Source: an uncultured Anaerolineales bacterium (GTDB taxonomy: Bacteria; Chloroflexota; Anaerolineae; UBA1429). From it: 41,159 nt of DNA. Shown here piece after piece: positions 33,701-41,159 of this stretch (its first letter is position 1; every line of letters starts with the position of its first letter). The stretch covers positions 1 to 41,159 of the forward strand of contig CAZMAI010000004.1 in NCBI GenBank assembly GCA_964564195.1, in the 5' to 3' direction. The position numbers and the translations under genes were made by a program. The notes under the pieces were generated by a model. It saw nothing but the letters and a program-made list of their open reading frames with translations, ran no database searches and had not been told where the DNA came from.

Positions 33701-34449
33701 AGTGTGCGTGGCGCGCCGTTGAGCGTCTCATTTACTGCCATGCCGGCCGCCACGGCGGCGAGATGGGTGCCATGGGAGGATCCTATAGGCCCTGGCACCG
33801 GCGTGCTCTCGCCGGTTGCTGGAGGATCCGCAGGGCGAAAATAGGCTCGTGCTGCGATCACTTTGGGTGACGTGTAGGCGACCAGGCCCAGAGGATATCC
33901 CTTTGGATAGCTCCAGCTCGGAGCCGTAAGCATGGGATGGGAGATATCGATGCCGCTGTCGATGACAGCGATACGCACACCGGCGCCGGCATTTGCGCTG
34001 CCGCCCACCGCAGCCCAGGCCTGATCCACACCGGTGACCAGGACCGCATCGTACATTGTGGGAACAAACGCGCTATCGGCATGCACCGCGAGCACGCCGG
34101 GCAGCGAACGAAGTTGGCGCAGCACCTGTGGGTCTTGGGAGTCTACCGCAACGACCAGGCCCTGATACAGGCGCTGTAAGCGTGACTCTACGCGGACACC
34201 CGGTAGCGCCGCAGCGAGCTCGGTCACGGACGCCGCGATGACGTCTGAGGAATTGGCCATCGCAGAAGCCGGTGCCACGTCGTCAGAGACGGCCAACTGC
34301 ACAATATAGCGCCCGCCAACTGTTCCCGCGGCGCTTGCCCTGCGAGCACCGGCGGCGCCAGCGACGAGTCCGATGATGAGCAACAGCGCTAGCAGGGTGC
34401 GAGCGAGACCGGCCAGAAGGGAACGACCAGGTGACAGAGAACCCAACAT
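30781..34449 (-). CDS. Secreted multidomain S8 (subtilisin-like) serine protease
   Basis: 1222 aa with a signal peptide and an I9-like propeptide. Catalytic triad motifs are IAVIDSGID, SSHGTHLAAVAAG and LSGTSVAAAHAAGAAA. A PA-domain insert is present (AAVLIRRGECPFADKVYHAEQAGASLALIVNS). C-terminal extra modules include a PKD-like repeat, a DUF11-like repeat and a Pro/Thr linker. Confidence 0.9.
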   Translation of the reverse strand: MLGSLSPGRSLLAGLARTLLALLLIIGLVAGAAGARRASAAGTVGGRYIVQLAVSDDVAPASAMANSSDVIAASVTELAAALPGVRVESRLQRLYQGLVVAVDSQDPQVLRQLRSLPGVLAVHADSAFVPTMYDAVLVTGVDQAWAAVGGSANAGAGVRIAVIDSGIDISHPMLTAPSWSYPKGYPLGLVAYTSPKVIAARAYFRPADPPATGESTPVPGPIGSSHGTHLAAVAAGMAVNETLNGAPRTLSGVAPGARLMNYRVFYPSASDGYERAYAVEIIQAIEDAVADGANILVVGWSDGGAQLPFASPVAAALRAAIDAGVIVIGPAGNEGPGPGSASRLPGGVEEVITVGAQGAAYGRALFGAPIDADTSAFPLIDVKTVATGADPYACVPLPAGSLGGAAVLIRRGECPFADKVYHAEQAGASLALIVNSADTVTDMACLGDYCGEGIIGIQAAMVASTAGQQLLDWANTPGASATIALSGSGRVLSSSPELVAPYSGRGPAFGMYLKPDLVAPGVAILAAAHTANPSGIGYVALSGTSVAAAHAAGAAAILLAEHPAWQQAQIKSAMVGTARIGSSDGLSELVAAQQSLDYGAGLLDVPRALATALAVSPASISLGAMYAESARDVELAVQDVRPGGTFVDWSVSWAPSDELMVSGPATIRTKPGYTYALTLSFAVSPTAEGDFGTVITLSSSLGSVRVPVWGRVPPPPAAASLLVIDNDFEFSFEGGGTDTLPYIKAALQQLGVDFAVWDSDALVGAEQTLPSAQTLSGYRAILWTLGGKFSPDGTFAVFTPPTAQDQQALMSYLDGGGRLLVMGQNVASATDNNPDPDPVYGRSTLYRAYLGSHYLQDNVFAPSAAPDEAVAVTGLVGTPLQGVLLDLGGLGSGAGNQVSIDELAVGGSPVGDALVKPFAAATGSSMLEAGYVALAKSDEPTLEDPAPDVHYRVLHQSFGLEGVNDRPGVTYAATLLDRELDWLLDELSVTVPDPLVGGPNRLARLSVNVVSSVGAAGTAYRWRIGEGATQRIVASTQPVVYVPFTDVGDYPLAVEVTDALGHKATGQGLVRIVPGGASDLTVSAATAEGGDVLTYSLVADNVGSSIPVASASFVFPLPAGTSYVAHTGEGVTFDGSALRWSGSLAAGSTLVATLNALVSDSGPLETVIEASAEFTMDGLSFTRTVVTTVRPPPTPTPTPEPTAEPTLPPPPVWKLYLPLVHR

Positions 34450-34509
34450 GGCACACCCCTCACTGGTGAGACGACGGAACCCGCGACCAAGGACGGCGAA
34501 GGGATCTGG

Positions 34510-35805
34510 CTAACTTGTCCAGAACCGTGTGACGTCGTCCTCCCATTCCTGATAAGTATCCCAAAGAATCTGGAAATCGGCGCGTTGCTCGCCAAACGCG
34601 GTGCAAATGTCCTGGATCACATCGTCGCGCCCGCGGACGGTGAGCGAAGAGACCTGGCGAGCATACGTCGCCGCGCGGCCGTAAAAGATGGGCAGGAGAG
34701 CTTCAATGACCTTGTCAGGGTCGCCCTCACCCTTGTTAAAGACAGCAGCAAACTCATACACCAGGCGAACCCAGAGCGAGACCGGAACCGCTGGAGCCTC
34801 AGCCCCGCCTCCGGGGATCTCCTTCAGAGCACTGAGCGTTTCGGGTGTCAAGATGCCCTGCCAGTCCTCGATATAGTCCTCGAAGCCAGCGCGGAAGGCA
34901 TCGTCGAAAGGCATCAGGTCCTGCTCAGAATCTATGGTGCGATCGGGAGCACGCAGGCCCCGGAAGGGGACATTGCCAAAGGTTATCCCCTGCGTCCAGG
35001 TACGTCGGTAGAGGTTTAGCGCCCGGAAAAGTGTGCCAATCGCATGGATAAAGCGCAGGTCACCAGGCGCTGCTGGCTCACCCCCACTGGCGCCACGATA
35101 GCCCAGGTCGACCTGCGCGAGCCTGAGATGCTCGCTAAGCGCGTGGAGCGCCAACCAGACGTTGATTCCAAAGCGCGAGACGTTCGTCTCCCAGACGTCA
35201 CACTCGGCCAGGTGCATGGCCATGGTGCCAGACACACAGAACTCGCTTGCCAGCGGCTCGCGCAGCTCAGAAGCCCAAAAGCTATGGAGAAACGGAAAGA
35301 CGAGATTGTCTGTGAGCGCGGCATCAAGCGCGGAGCGCTGATAACACGCCATGACGACATCATCGCCCTGCAGGACGGGCGTAATAAGGGCGGGTAGCCA
35401 TTCCGGCTGAATGCCGATCGCTCGAGCCTCCACAACAGCACATGCTCTGGCGCCAAGCCGCCCAGCAGCCTCGAATATACTGCGAATCGCTGTGCCCTTT
35501 CCTGTGATACCCTCATAGGTTGTCAGCAGTTTGACAACGTTCTCGGGCGCATCGGCGTCCTCCAGGTGTCTGACGGTGTTATCTGAGGACCCGCCGTCCG
35601 CATTCATCAATACGACGCGCAGGTCAGGAAAATACGCCCGCACGCCCGCCATCACGGCATCGACGACTTCGCCGATGGTACGGCCGTTGCGATGGCTTGG
35701 AATGCCGATCACCAGATCAGCAGCACCAATCTTGCGAATCTTGCGCTGAGCATCCCGATTCAACGCGCTCTCAAACTGCAGAATGCTGTGGACCTGCGAT
35801 GTCAT
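34510..35805 (-). CDS. GT2-like glycosyltransferase (possibly glucosylglycerate-synthase-like family)
   Basis: In-frame Met 45 of track ORF 34510..35937. N-terminal GT-A fold pattern ADLVIGIPSHRNGRTIGEVVDAV...VVLMNADGGSSDNT. The subfamily assignment is from memory of similar sequences and is tentative. Confidence 0.55.
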   Translation of the reverse strand: MTSQVHSILQFESALNRDAQRKIRKIGAADLVIGIPSHRNGRTIGEVVDAVMAGVRAYFPDLRVVLMNADGGSSDNTVRHLEDADAPENVVKLLTTYEGITGKGTAIRSIFEAAGRLGARACAVVEARAIGIQPEWLPALITPVLQGDDVVMACYQRSALDAALTDNLVFPFLHSFWASELREPLASEFCVSGTMAMHLAECDVWETNVSRFGINVWLALHALSEHLRLAQVDLGYRGASGGEPAAPGDLRFIHAIGTLFRALNLYRRTWTQGITFGNVPFRGLRAPDRTIDSEQDLMPFDDAFRAGFEDYIEDWQGILTPETLSALKEIPGGGAEAPAVPVSLWVRLVYEFAAVFNKGEGDPDKVIEALLPIFYGRAATYARQVSSLTVRGRDDVIQDICTAFGEQRADFQILWDTYQEWEDDVTRFWTS

Positions 35806-36037
35806 CCGTCTAGTCCTCGCTATCAACCACTTTGGGCGAGCCTGTCGCCGTCCTGCTCGAAAGAAGCTCCGCAAACGCGCCCGTTCGATTGCCTCACGGC
35901 AGTGCACATCAATGCTCTGAGACATATTATACCACAAGACACTGCCTTGGCCGCGGAGACCGGGCCGTCCTCTTGCACAGACTGGCCTCTGGCCATGGCC
36001 GTCGAAAGCAAACCGGACTGGAAGGCAGGACAGGTTT

Positions 36038-36066
36038 TTGACAGACTACAGAGTCAATGGTAGCAT
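36038..36066 (+). promoter_or_regulatory. Promoter TTGACA-17-TAGCAT for apt
   Basis: Consensus -35 at 36038-36043, 17-nt spacer, -10 at 36061-36066. About 80 nt of leader precede the ATG at 36152. Confidence 0.5.
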
Positions 36067-36151
36067 CACGGCTCAAGAGATAAGGTGCCTGTTGGGGAAA
36101 CCCCGACAGGCTATATGGCTTTTGGCACCAAGCGCGCGGGATGATAAGTAT

Positions 36152-36676
36152 ATGAGCCTGGAAGAGCAGATTCGCAACATACCCGACTTTCCCATCGAAG
36201 GTATTCAGTTTAAGGATATCACGCCGTTACTGCGTGATCCTCAGTCCTTACGCTCAGCCATCGAGCAAATGGCGGCACGCCACGCGGACGCCCAGATTGA
36301 CTGTGTCGTTGGGATCGAAGCCCGCGGGTTTATCCTGGGTGCTCCCCTTGCTTATCTTCTGGAAGCTGGTTTTGTGCCCGTGCGCAAGCCCGGCAAGCTC
36401 CCGGCAGAGTCCGTGGGTGCGGAGTATAGCCTGGAGTATGGTGTGAATCGCCTCGAGATGCATCGCGATGCGATCAAGTCCGGAGAACGGGTGCTGGTCG
36501 TCGATGACCTATTGGCCACAGGGGGCTCTGCCCGCGCGGCGGCTGAGCTTGTCGAGAGCGTGGGCGGCATTGTCGCAGGCATGTCGTTTCTGGTCGAACT
36601 GGGTTTCTTGCATGGCCGCGATAAGCTGACTGACTATGACGTACACTCGCTTATCACGTTCAAAGAAGGATCATGA
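36152..36676 (+). CDS. apt: Adenine phosphoribosyltransferase
   Basis: In-frame Met 39 of track ORF 36038..36676. IPDFPIEGIQFKDITPLL and the PRPP loop VLVVDDLLATGGSA. Confidence 0.93.
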   Translation: MSLEEQIRNIPDFPIEGIQFKDITPLLRDPQSLRSAIEQMAARHADAQIDCVVGIEARGFILGAPLAYLLEAGFVPVRKPGKLPAESVGAEYSLEYGVNRLEMHRDAIKSGERVLVVDDLLATGGSARAAAELVESVGGIVAGMSFLVELGFLHGRDKLTDYDVHSLITFKEGS

Positions 36677-36677
36677 T

Positions 36678-37088
36678 ATGAGCAAGCGTGAGGACAAGAT
36701 ACAGGAGTTGGAGGTAGAGCGGGCCCGCACGGTTGAGGAGATGGCGCATCTCCGCGAGCAGCTCCAGGAGGAGATCGAGCCGGCTTCGGCTACAGACGAG
36801 GACTCGGCCGATGCAGCGGCCGCTATTTATGAGCGCGGCAAGGTCATCTCGCTCATTCAGAATCGCGAAGACAGGCTTCGTTCACTGGACGAGGCTATCG
36901 ATCGCGTTCGCAAAGGCCTGTATGGCACGTGCAAGAACTGCGGCGCGGAGATCGATCCAGAGCGTCTGAGGATCATGCCAGAGACCAGTCTCTGTGTTCG
37001 GTGCGCGAACCTGCTGGAATCCGGGCCGCGGGGCTTGACGCCCCGGCGCCGAGAGCGACCTATTCAAGTGGTAGACGACGAACTCTAG
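36678..37088 (+). CDS. DksA/TraR family C4-type zinc-finger protein
   Basis: In-frame Met 15 of track ORF 36636..37088, 1 nt after the apt stop. Coiled-coil N-terminus. CKNCGAEIDPERLRIMPETSLCVRCA zinc finger. Confidence 0.8.
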   Translation: MSKREDKIQELEVERARTVEEMAHLREQLQEEIEPASATDEDSADAAAAIYERGKVISLIQNREDRLRSLDEAIDRVRKGLYGTCKNCGAEIDPERLRIMPETSLCVRCANLLESGPRGLTPRRRERPIQVVDDEL

Positions 37089-37152
37089 CCAGCAGCAACA
37101 CAGCAATCTCCCGCAAAGGAGCGGATCTGGATCGTTACAAGACCAAAGATTG

Positions 37153-37180
37153 GGAGGGCCAGATCGAAGGCCCTCCTTTT
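37153..37180 (+). terminator. Rho-independent terminator after the DksA/TraR gene
   Basis: Stem ggagggcc (37153-37160) / ggccctcc (37169-37176), 8-nt loop, then TTTT at 37177-37180. Confidence 0.7.
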
Positions 37181-37227
37181 GCGTACAGCGAGCGAGACCA
37201 TCGCTGCCCGCGGGTGCTGGTGCGGGT

Positions 37228-37257
37228 TTGACAATGGCTCACGCTCTGGCCTAGAAT
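37228..37257 (+). promoter_or_regulatory. Promoter TTGACA-18-TAGAAT for the oxidoreductase operon
   Basis: -35 at 37228-37233, 18-nt spacer, -10 at 37252-37257. About 170 nt of leader precede the ATG at 37435. Confidence 0.45.
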
Positions 37258-37434
37258 GGCTTGGTTTGAGGGCACCTACAGAAACACTGCGATCGACGCT
37301 GGAGTAGAGCGTAGACATCCCACCCGGCTTCTCATGGTCATGGTGCCCCAGAGTCGTGTACGGGACCCACGATTGCCAGCATGACGCCATCCAGGCGTCA
37401 ATACTGTATCTTATGCTGTTGCGAGGAGGTCAAA

Positions 37435-38007
37435 ATGAGCAAGATGCTCGAGATTCGCTGGCACGGCCGTGCCGGCCAGGGCGTGGTCACAGCGGGTGAA
37501 TCGCTCGGCGAAGCCGCGATGCACGAGGGCCTGTACTTTCAGGCATTCCCAGAGTACGGCGCCGAGCGCATGGGCGCACCCATCAAAGCATACACCCGGT
37601 TGAGCGATGAGAACATCGAGGTCCATGCTCCGATCCTGGAGCCAGACATGGTGGTCATCGTGAACCCCAACCTGATTGGGATCGTCGATCTGACCGAGGG
37701 GCTCAAGCCGGATGGCACGCTGATCGTCAACACGCCGCAGACACCGGCGGAGATACGCGAACGCCTGGACTTTCACACGGGAACCGTGTGGTGCATCGAT
37801 GCGACCGGGATCGCCATGTCAGAGTTGAGACGCGACATCCCGAGCACTGTTCTTCTTGGCGTGGTGGTCCGAGCTTCCGGCCTGGTCGATCTGGAGGCCG
37901 TGGTAGGGGCAACCCGTGAGAGCCTCGGTGGCAAGCTGCGCCCGGAGATTGTCGAAGCCAACGTGCGCGCCCTGGAGCGGGCCAACAAGGAAAGCATCAA
38001 GGGCTAG
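37435..38007 (+). CDS. porG: 2-oxoacid (pyruvate-type):ferredoxin oxidoreductase gamma subunit
   Basis: In-frame Met 19 of track ORF 37381..38007, preceded by GAGGAGG. N-terminus IRWHGRAGQGVVTAGESLGEAAMHEGLYFQAFPEYGAERMGAP is typical of the gamma subunit. Substrate specificity cannot be determined from sequence alone. Confidence 0.85.
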   Translation: MSKMLEIRWHGRAGQGVVTAGESLGEAAMHEGLYFQAFPEYGAERMGAPIKAYTRLSDENIEVHAPILEPDMVVIVNPNLIGIVDLTEGLKPDGTLIVNTPQTPAEIRERLDFHTGTVWCIDATGIAMSELRRDIPSTVLLGVVVRASGLVDLEAVVGATRESLGGKLRPEIVEANVRALERANKESIKG

Positions 38008-38070
38008 AACCAGCAGGCCATAGCGGCCCTTTTGCATTATTACGAACCTGATCATTGAGGAGGTTGTTCG

Positions 38071-38433
38071 ATGACGACCAAGCATAAAGTCCCACGGCTG
38101 GATCTGCCCTGGGAAGAGGTTGCTCCGGGAGGCGTTGTCACGGCAGTCGGTAACTCGGAGACCTATGTGACGGGCACCTGGCGCACCATGCGACCGATTC
38201 GCGATGCTGAGCAGTGCACGCAGTGCCTCGTCTGCTGGATCATGTGCCCCGATTCGGCCATACCCGTGACGGATGGCAAGGTTGACGGATACGACTATGA
38301 ACACTGCAAGGGGTGCGGCATCTGCGCCGAGCGTTGCCCCGTGAATATCCGCCAGCCCCACAGCTACACCGGCAAACTGGGCAAAGTCATCCAGATGGTG
38401 CCCGAATCCGAGTTTGAAGACTATACCCGGTAG
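38071..38433 (+). CDS. porD: 2-oxoacid:ferredoxin oxidoreductase delta subunit (2x[4Fe-4S] ferredoxin)
   Basis: 120 aa. Two cluster motifs, CTQCLVCWIMCP and CKGCGICAERCP. Confidence 0.85.
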   Translation: MTTKHKVPRLDLPWEEVAPGGVVTAVGNSETYVTGTWRTMRPIRDAEQCTQCLVCWIMCPDSAIPVTDGKVDGYDYEHCKGCGICAERCPVNIRQPHSYTGKLGKVIQMVPESEFEDYTR

Positions 38434-38468
38434 GTCCAGAACCCACCTGGAGCATAAGGAGGATACGA

Positions 38469-39665
38469 ATGGTCGCTAGCAAATACATGCCTCTGGATGG
38501 CGCTAACGCCGTCTCCCAGGCGATGCGTCAGATCAATCCTGACGTAGTTGCTGCCTACCCGATTACGCCGCAGACGGCCGTCGTGCAGAACTTTTCACAG
38601 TATGTGGCGGACGGCATCGTCAACACCGAGTTCATTCCGGTTGAGAGCGAGCACGCCGCCATGAGTGCCTGCATCGGCGCCTCTGCCGCAGGAGCCCGCG
38701 TCATGACCGCCACGGCCGCCAATGGCCTGGCGCTGATGTGGGAGATGCTCTACATCGCCTCGGGCATGAGGCTTCCCATTGTGCTCACCGTGGTGAACCG
38801 CGCGCTCTCCAGCCCGCTCAACATCCACTGCGATCACTCGGACGCCATGGGCGCCCGCGATTCCGGCTGGCTGCAGTTCTACGCCGAGAGCGGACAGGAA
38901 GCCTACGACAACACGATCAAGTCGCTCAAAATCGCCGAGCGCAAGGATCTGTTGCTGCCGGTCATGAGTTGCCAGGACGGCTTTATCACCGGCCATGGTG
39001 TCGAGCGCGTCGGCCTACTGCCCGATGAGGTGGTGCAGGAGTTTGTCGGGAGCTATGATCCAGAACTCTACCTCCTCGACACAGATAACCCGGTCACCAT
39101 GGGGGCCTGGGACTTTACCGACTATTACTTTGAGCACAAGCGGCAGCAGACCGAGGCAATGAACAATTCGATGCCGATCATCCTCGACGTCTGCGAAGAG
39201 TACGAGCGGTTGTCGGAGCGCCCACAACCGATCCTCGATTGCTACGGCATGGATGATGCCGAATATGCCCTCGTGGTCCTGTCGTCCACCGCAGGCACAG
39301 CCCGCTCTGTGGCGCGCCGGATGCGTGCGGAGGGCGTCAAGGTGGGCATCCTCAAGCCTCGGCTCTACCGCCCCTTCCCCGCAGAGCAAATCGTCGATTG
39401 CATCAAGAACTGCAAGGCCGTGGGCGTGCTCGACCGGGCGATCTCCTTTGGCGCTCCCCAGGGCATGGGGCCGCTGTACACAGACATCACTGCGGGACTC
39501 TATAACTCAGGCGTCAGCGGTCTGCCCATTGTCAACTACATCTATGGACTGGGCGGTCGCGACACGACGCCGCCGATGATCGAGTCCGCGTTTGCCGATC
39601 TCAAGGTCATTGCCGACACGGGCGATCGCGGCGATATGGTGCGCTATCTTGGCCTGCGTGACTAG
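38469..39665 (+). CDS. porA: 2-oxoacid:ferredoxin oxidoreductase alpha subunit
   Basis: 398 aa with AAGGAGG RBS. N-terminus GANAVSQAMRQINPDVVAAYPITPQT...ESEHAAMSACIGASAAGARV is typical of the alpha subunit. Confidence 0.88.
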   Translation: MVASKYMPLDGANAVSQAMRQINPDVVAAYPITPQTAVVQNFSQYVADGIVNTEFIPVESEHAAMSACIGASAAGARVMTATAANGLALMWEMLYIASGMRLPIVLTVVNRALSSPLNIHCDHSDAMGARDSGWLQFYAESGQEAYDNTIKSLKIAERKDLLLPVMSCQDGFITGHGVERVGLLPDEVVQEFVGSYDPELYLLDTDNPVTMGAWDFTDYYFEHKRQQTEAMNNSMPIILDVCEEYERLSERPQPILDCYGMDDAEYALVVLSSTAGTARSVARRMRAEGVKVGILKPRLYRPFPAEQIVDCIKNCKAVGVLDRAISFGAPQGMGPLYTDITAGLYNSGVSGLPIVNYIYGLGGRDTTPPMIESAFADLKVIADTGDRGDMVRYLGLRD

Positions 39666-39719
39666 TAACGCGGAGCGGCATCACGTGTCGCGAGATTCCA
39701 GCAGCAAGGAGCAAAGATA

Positions 39720-40670
39720 ATGACAGACCGAGTGCGCATAAATCTGAGAGATATCATCACCCCGGACGAGAGACTGGCGGCAGGGCATCGTCTGTGCGCC
39801 GGATGTGCCGAGCCCACCGCGGTGCGGCAGATCCTGCACGCCATCGACAACCCTGTGGTGATTGCAGCTTCCACCGGTTGCCTTGAAGTCTCGACAACGG
39901 TCTACCCCTATTCCTCATGGAATGTACCCTGGATTCACAGCGCCTTTGAGAACTCGTCGACGACAATCACAGGGGCCGAGGCGGCCTTCAAGGCGCTCAA
40001 GCGTCGGGGCAAGATACCTGAGGATAAGAACATCACCTTTATCGCCTTTGGCGGTGACGGCGCGAGCTATGACATCGGATTCCAGTTCATCTCCGGTGCT
40101 CTTGAGCGCGGCCATAACTTTATCTACGTGTGCCTCAACAACGAGGCGTACATGAACACGGGCATCCAGCGCTCTAGCGCCACGCCGCGTGGCGCCAGCA
40201 CAACCACCTCCCCCGAGGGTGAGGTGCTGCCTGGCAAGACACAGTGGCGCAAGCCGTTCACGCGGATTATGGCGGCGCACGACATCCCGTATGTCGCGCA
40301 GTGCTCACCGCACAACTACCGTGACCTCATGCGCAAGGCGAAAAAGGCCTCCGCAGTGGAGGGTCCGGCCGTGCTAAACGTGATGGTGCCCTGCCCGCGC
40401 GGCTGGCGGCACAGCGGCGAGGAGACCATGTCGATCGTGGAGATGGCAGTGGATACCTGCTACTGGCCTCTGTATGAGGTTGAGGATGGCAAGACCACGG
40501 TCAACTACAAGCCTCGCGACAAAAAGCCAGTGGCCGACTGGCTCAGGCGGCAGGGGCGCTTCCGCCACCTCTTCCGCCCGGCAAACGAGTGGATCGTAGA
40601 AGAGATCCAGGCCAAGGTCGATCAGGAGTGGGAGCGGCTGTTGGCTGATGAGGCCAACAGCAAGGCCTGA
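39720..40670 (+). CDS. porB: 2-oxoacid:ferredoxin oxidoreductase beta subunit (TPP-binding)
   Basis: 316 aa. CAGC cluster ligands near the N-terminus. TPP motif GGDGASYDIGFQ...LNNEAYMNTG. Confidence 0.88.
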   Translation: MTDRVRINLRDIITPDERLAAGHRLCAGCAEPTAVRQILHAIDNPVVIAASTGCLEVSTTVYPYSSWNVPWIHSAFENSSTTITGAEAAFKALKRRGKIPEDKNITFIAFGGDGASYDIGFQFISGALERGHNFIYVCLNNEAYMNTGIQRSSATPRGASTTTSPEGEVLPGKTQWRKPFTRIMAAHDIPYVAQCSPHNYRDLMRKAKKASAVEGPAVLNVMVPCPRGWRHSGEETMSIVEMAVDTCYWPLYEVEDGKTTVNYKPRDKKPVADWLRRQGRFRHLFRPANEWIVEEIQAKVDQEWERLLADEANSKA

Positions 40671-40687
40671 CAGTCTGTGACTAGCGA

Positions 40688-40716
40688 GGGGCAGCTCAAA
40701 GCGGGCTGCCCCTTAT
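40688..40716 (+). terminator. Rho-independent terminator after the oxidoreductase operon
   Basis: Stem ggggcagc (40688-40695) / gctgcccc (40705-40712), 9-nt loop, followed by TTAT. Confidence 0.55.
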
Positions 40717-40736
40717 GACAAGAGGGAGGCCACAGC

Positions 40737-41159
40737 TTGGCTTCTGAACAGGTCTATACCTCGCAGCATCCACTGGTCAAGCAGAAACTTACGATTCTCA
40801 GAGACAAGACGACCTTGCCGGTCGTCTTTCGTCGTACCGTTTCAGAGATCGCGACACTGTTAGCCGTCGAGGCGACGGCAGATGTTCGCCTGGAGACGTG
40901 CCCCGTCACCACCCCCCTCGCCGAAACGATAGGGACTCGAATTGGCGAACGGATCGCGCTTGTCCCGATTCTGCGTGCCGGGCTGGGCATGGTGGAGGGC
41001 ATCTGGCAACTCTTGCCAGATGCCCAGGTGTGGCACATTGGCGTCTTTAGGGACCATGAGACGCTCAAGCCAGTGCCTTATTACAACAAGCTGCCAGCAC
41101 AGCCGCGGCTCGATTTGTGCCTGGTGCTGGACCCAATGCTCGCCACGGGAGGCTCGGCG
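40737..41159 (+). CDS. upp: Uracil phosphoribosyltransferase, 5' part (runs off right window edge)
   Basis: Absent from the ORF track because it is open-ended. Hand translation from TTG 40737 (GAGGGAGG RBS 8 nt upstream) gives LASEQVYTSQHPLVKQKLTILRDKTT...VPILRAGLGMVEG...LVLDPMLATGGSA, which are classic Upp motifs. Confidence 0.88.
   Translation, partial: MASEQVYTSQHPLVKQKLTILRDKTTLPVVFRRTVSEIATLLAVEATADVRLETCPVTTPLAETIGTRIGERIALVPILRAGLGMVEGIWQLLPDAQVWHIGVFRDHETLKPVPYYNKLPAQPRLDLCLVLDPMLATGGSA

Overview
GC-rich, gene-dense bacterial chromosomal window. Protein signatures suggest a Chloroflexota-like organism, but that taxon is only a guess. Almost all genes are on the + strand. The left edge holds a partial IS110-family insertion sequence with a frameshifted transposase and a strongly structured upstream non-coding region that may be a bridge/guide RNA. 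A TPR protein and an O-antigen-ligase-like membrane protein follow. The main feature is two complete rotary ATPase operons about 2.7 kb apart. The first (3878-10439) is an N-type (alternate F1Fo) operon in the order beta-epsilon-AtpR/Q-a-c-b-alpha-gamma. Its c subunit has a Na+-type binding signature with a second carboxylate, its b subunit is fused to a delta C-terminal domain, and its alpha subunit has a ~100-aa N-terminal extension. The second (13116-19875) is a canonical F-type operon, atpZ/I-B-E-F-H-A-G-D-C, whose delta subunit is only 123 aa. A membrane-anchored ferrochelatase-like hypothetical and zwf lie between the two operons. Downstream are housekeeping genes: murA, a polytopic membrane hypothetical, gyrB, gatB, an MFS transporter, an S41 C-terminal processing protease, smpB, mtnP (minus strand) and tmRNA (ssrA). 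On the minus strand there is also a 1222-aa multidomain S8 subtilase and a GT2-like glycosyltransferase. The window ends with apt, a DksA/TraR zinc-finger protein, a four-subunit 2-oxoacid:ferredoxin oxidoreductase (gamma-delta-alpha-beta) and the 5' part of upp. I found no CRISPR arrays and no tRNA genes apart from the tRNA-like domain of tmRNA. No clear defence or secondary-metabolite locus was seen. The many long antisense or alternative-frame ORFs in the track are GC-rich mirror-frame artefacts.
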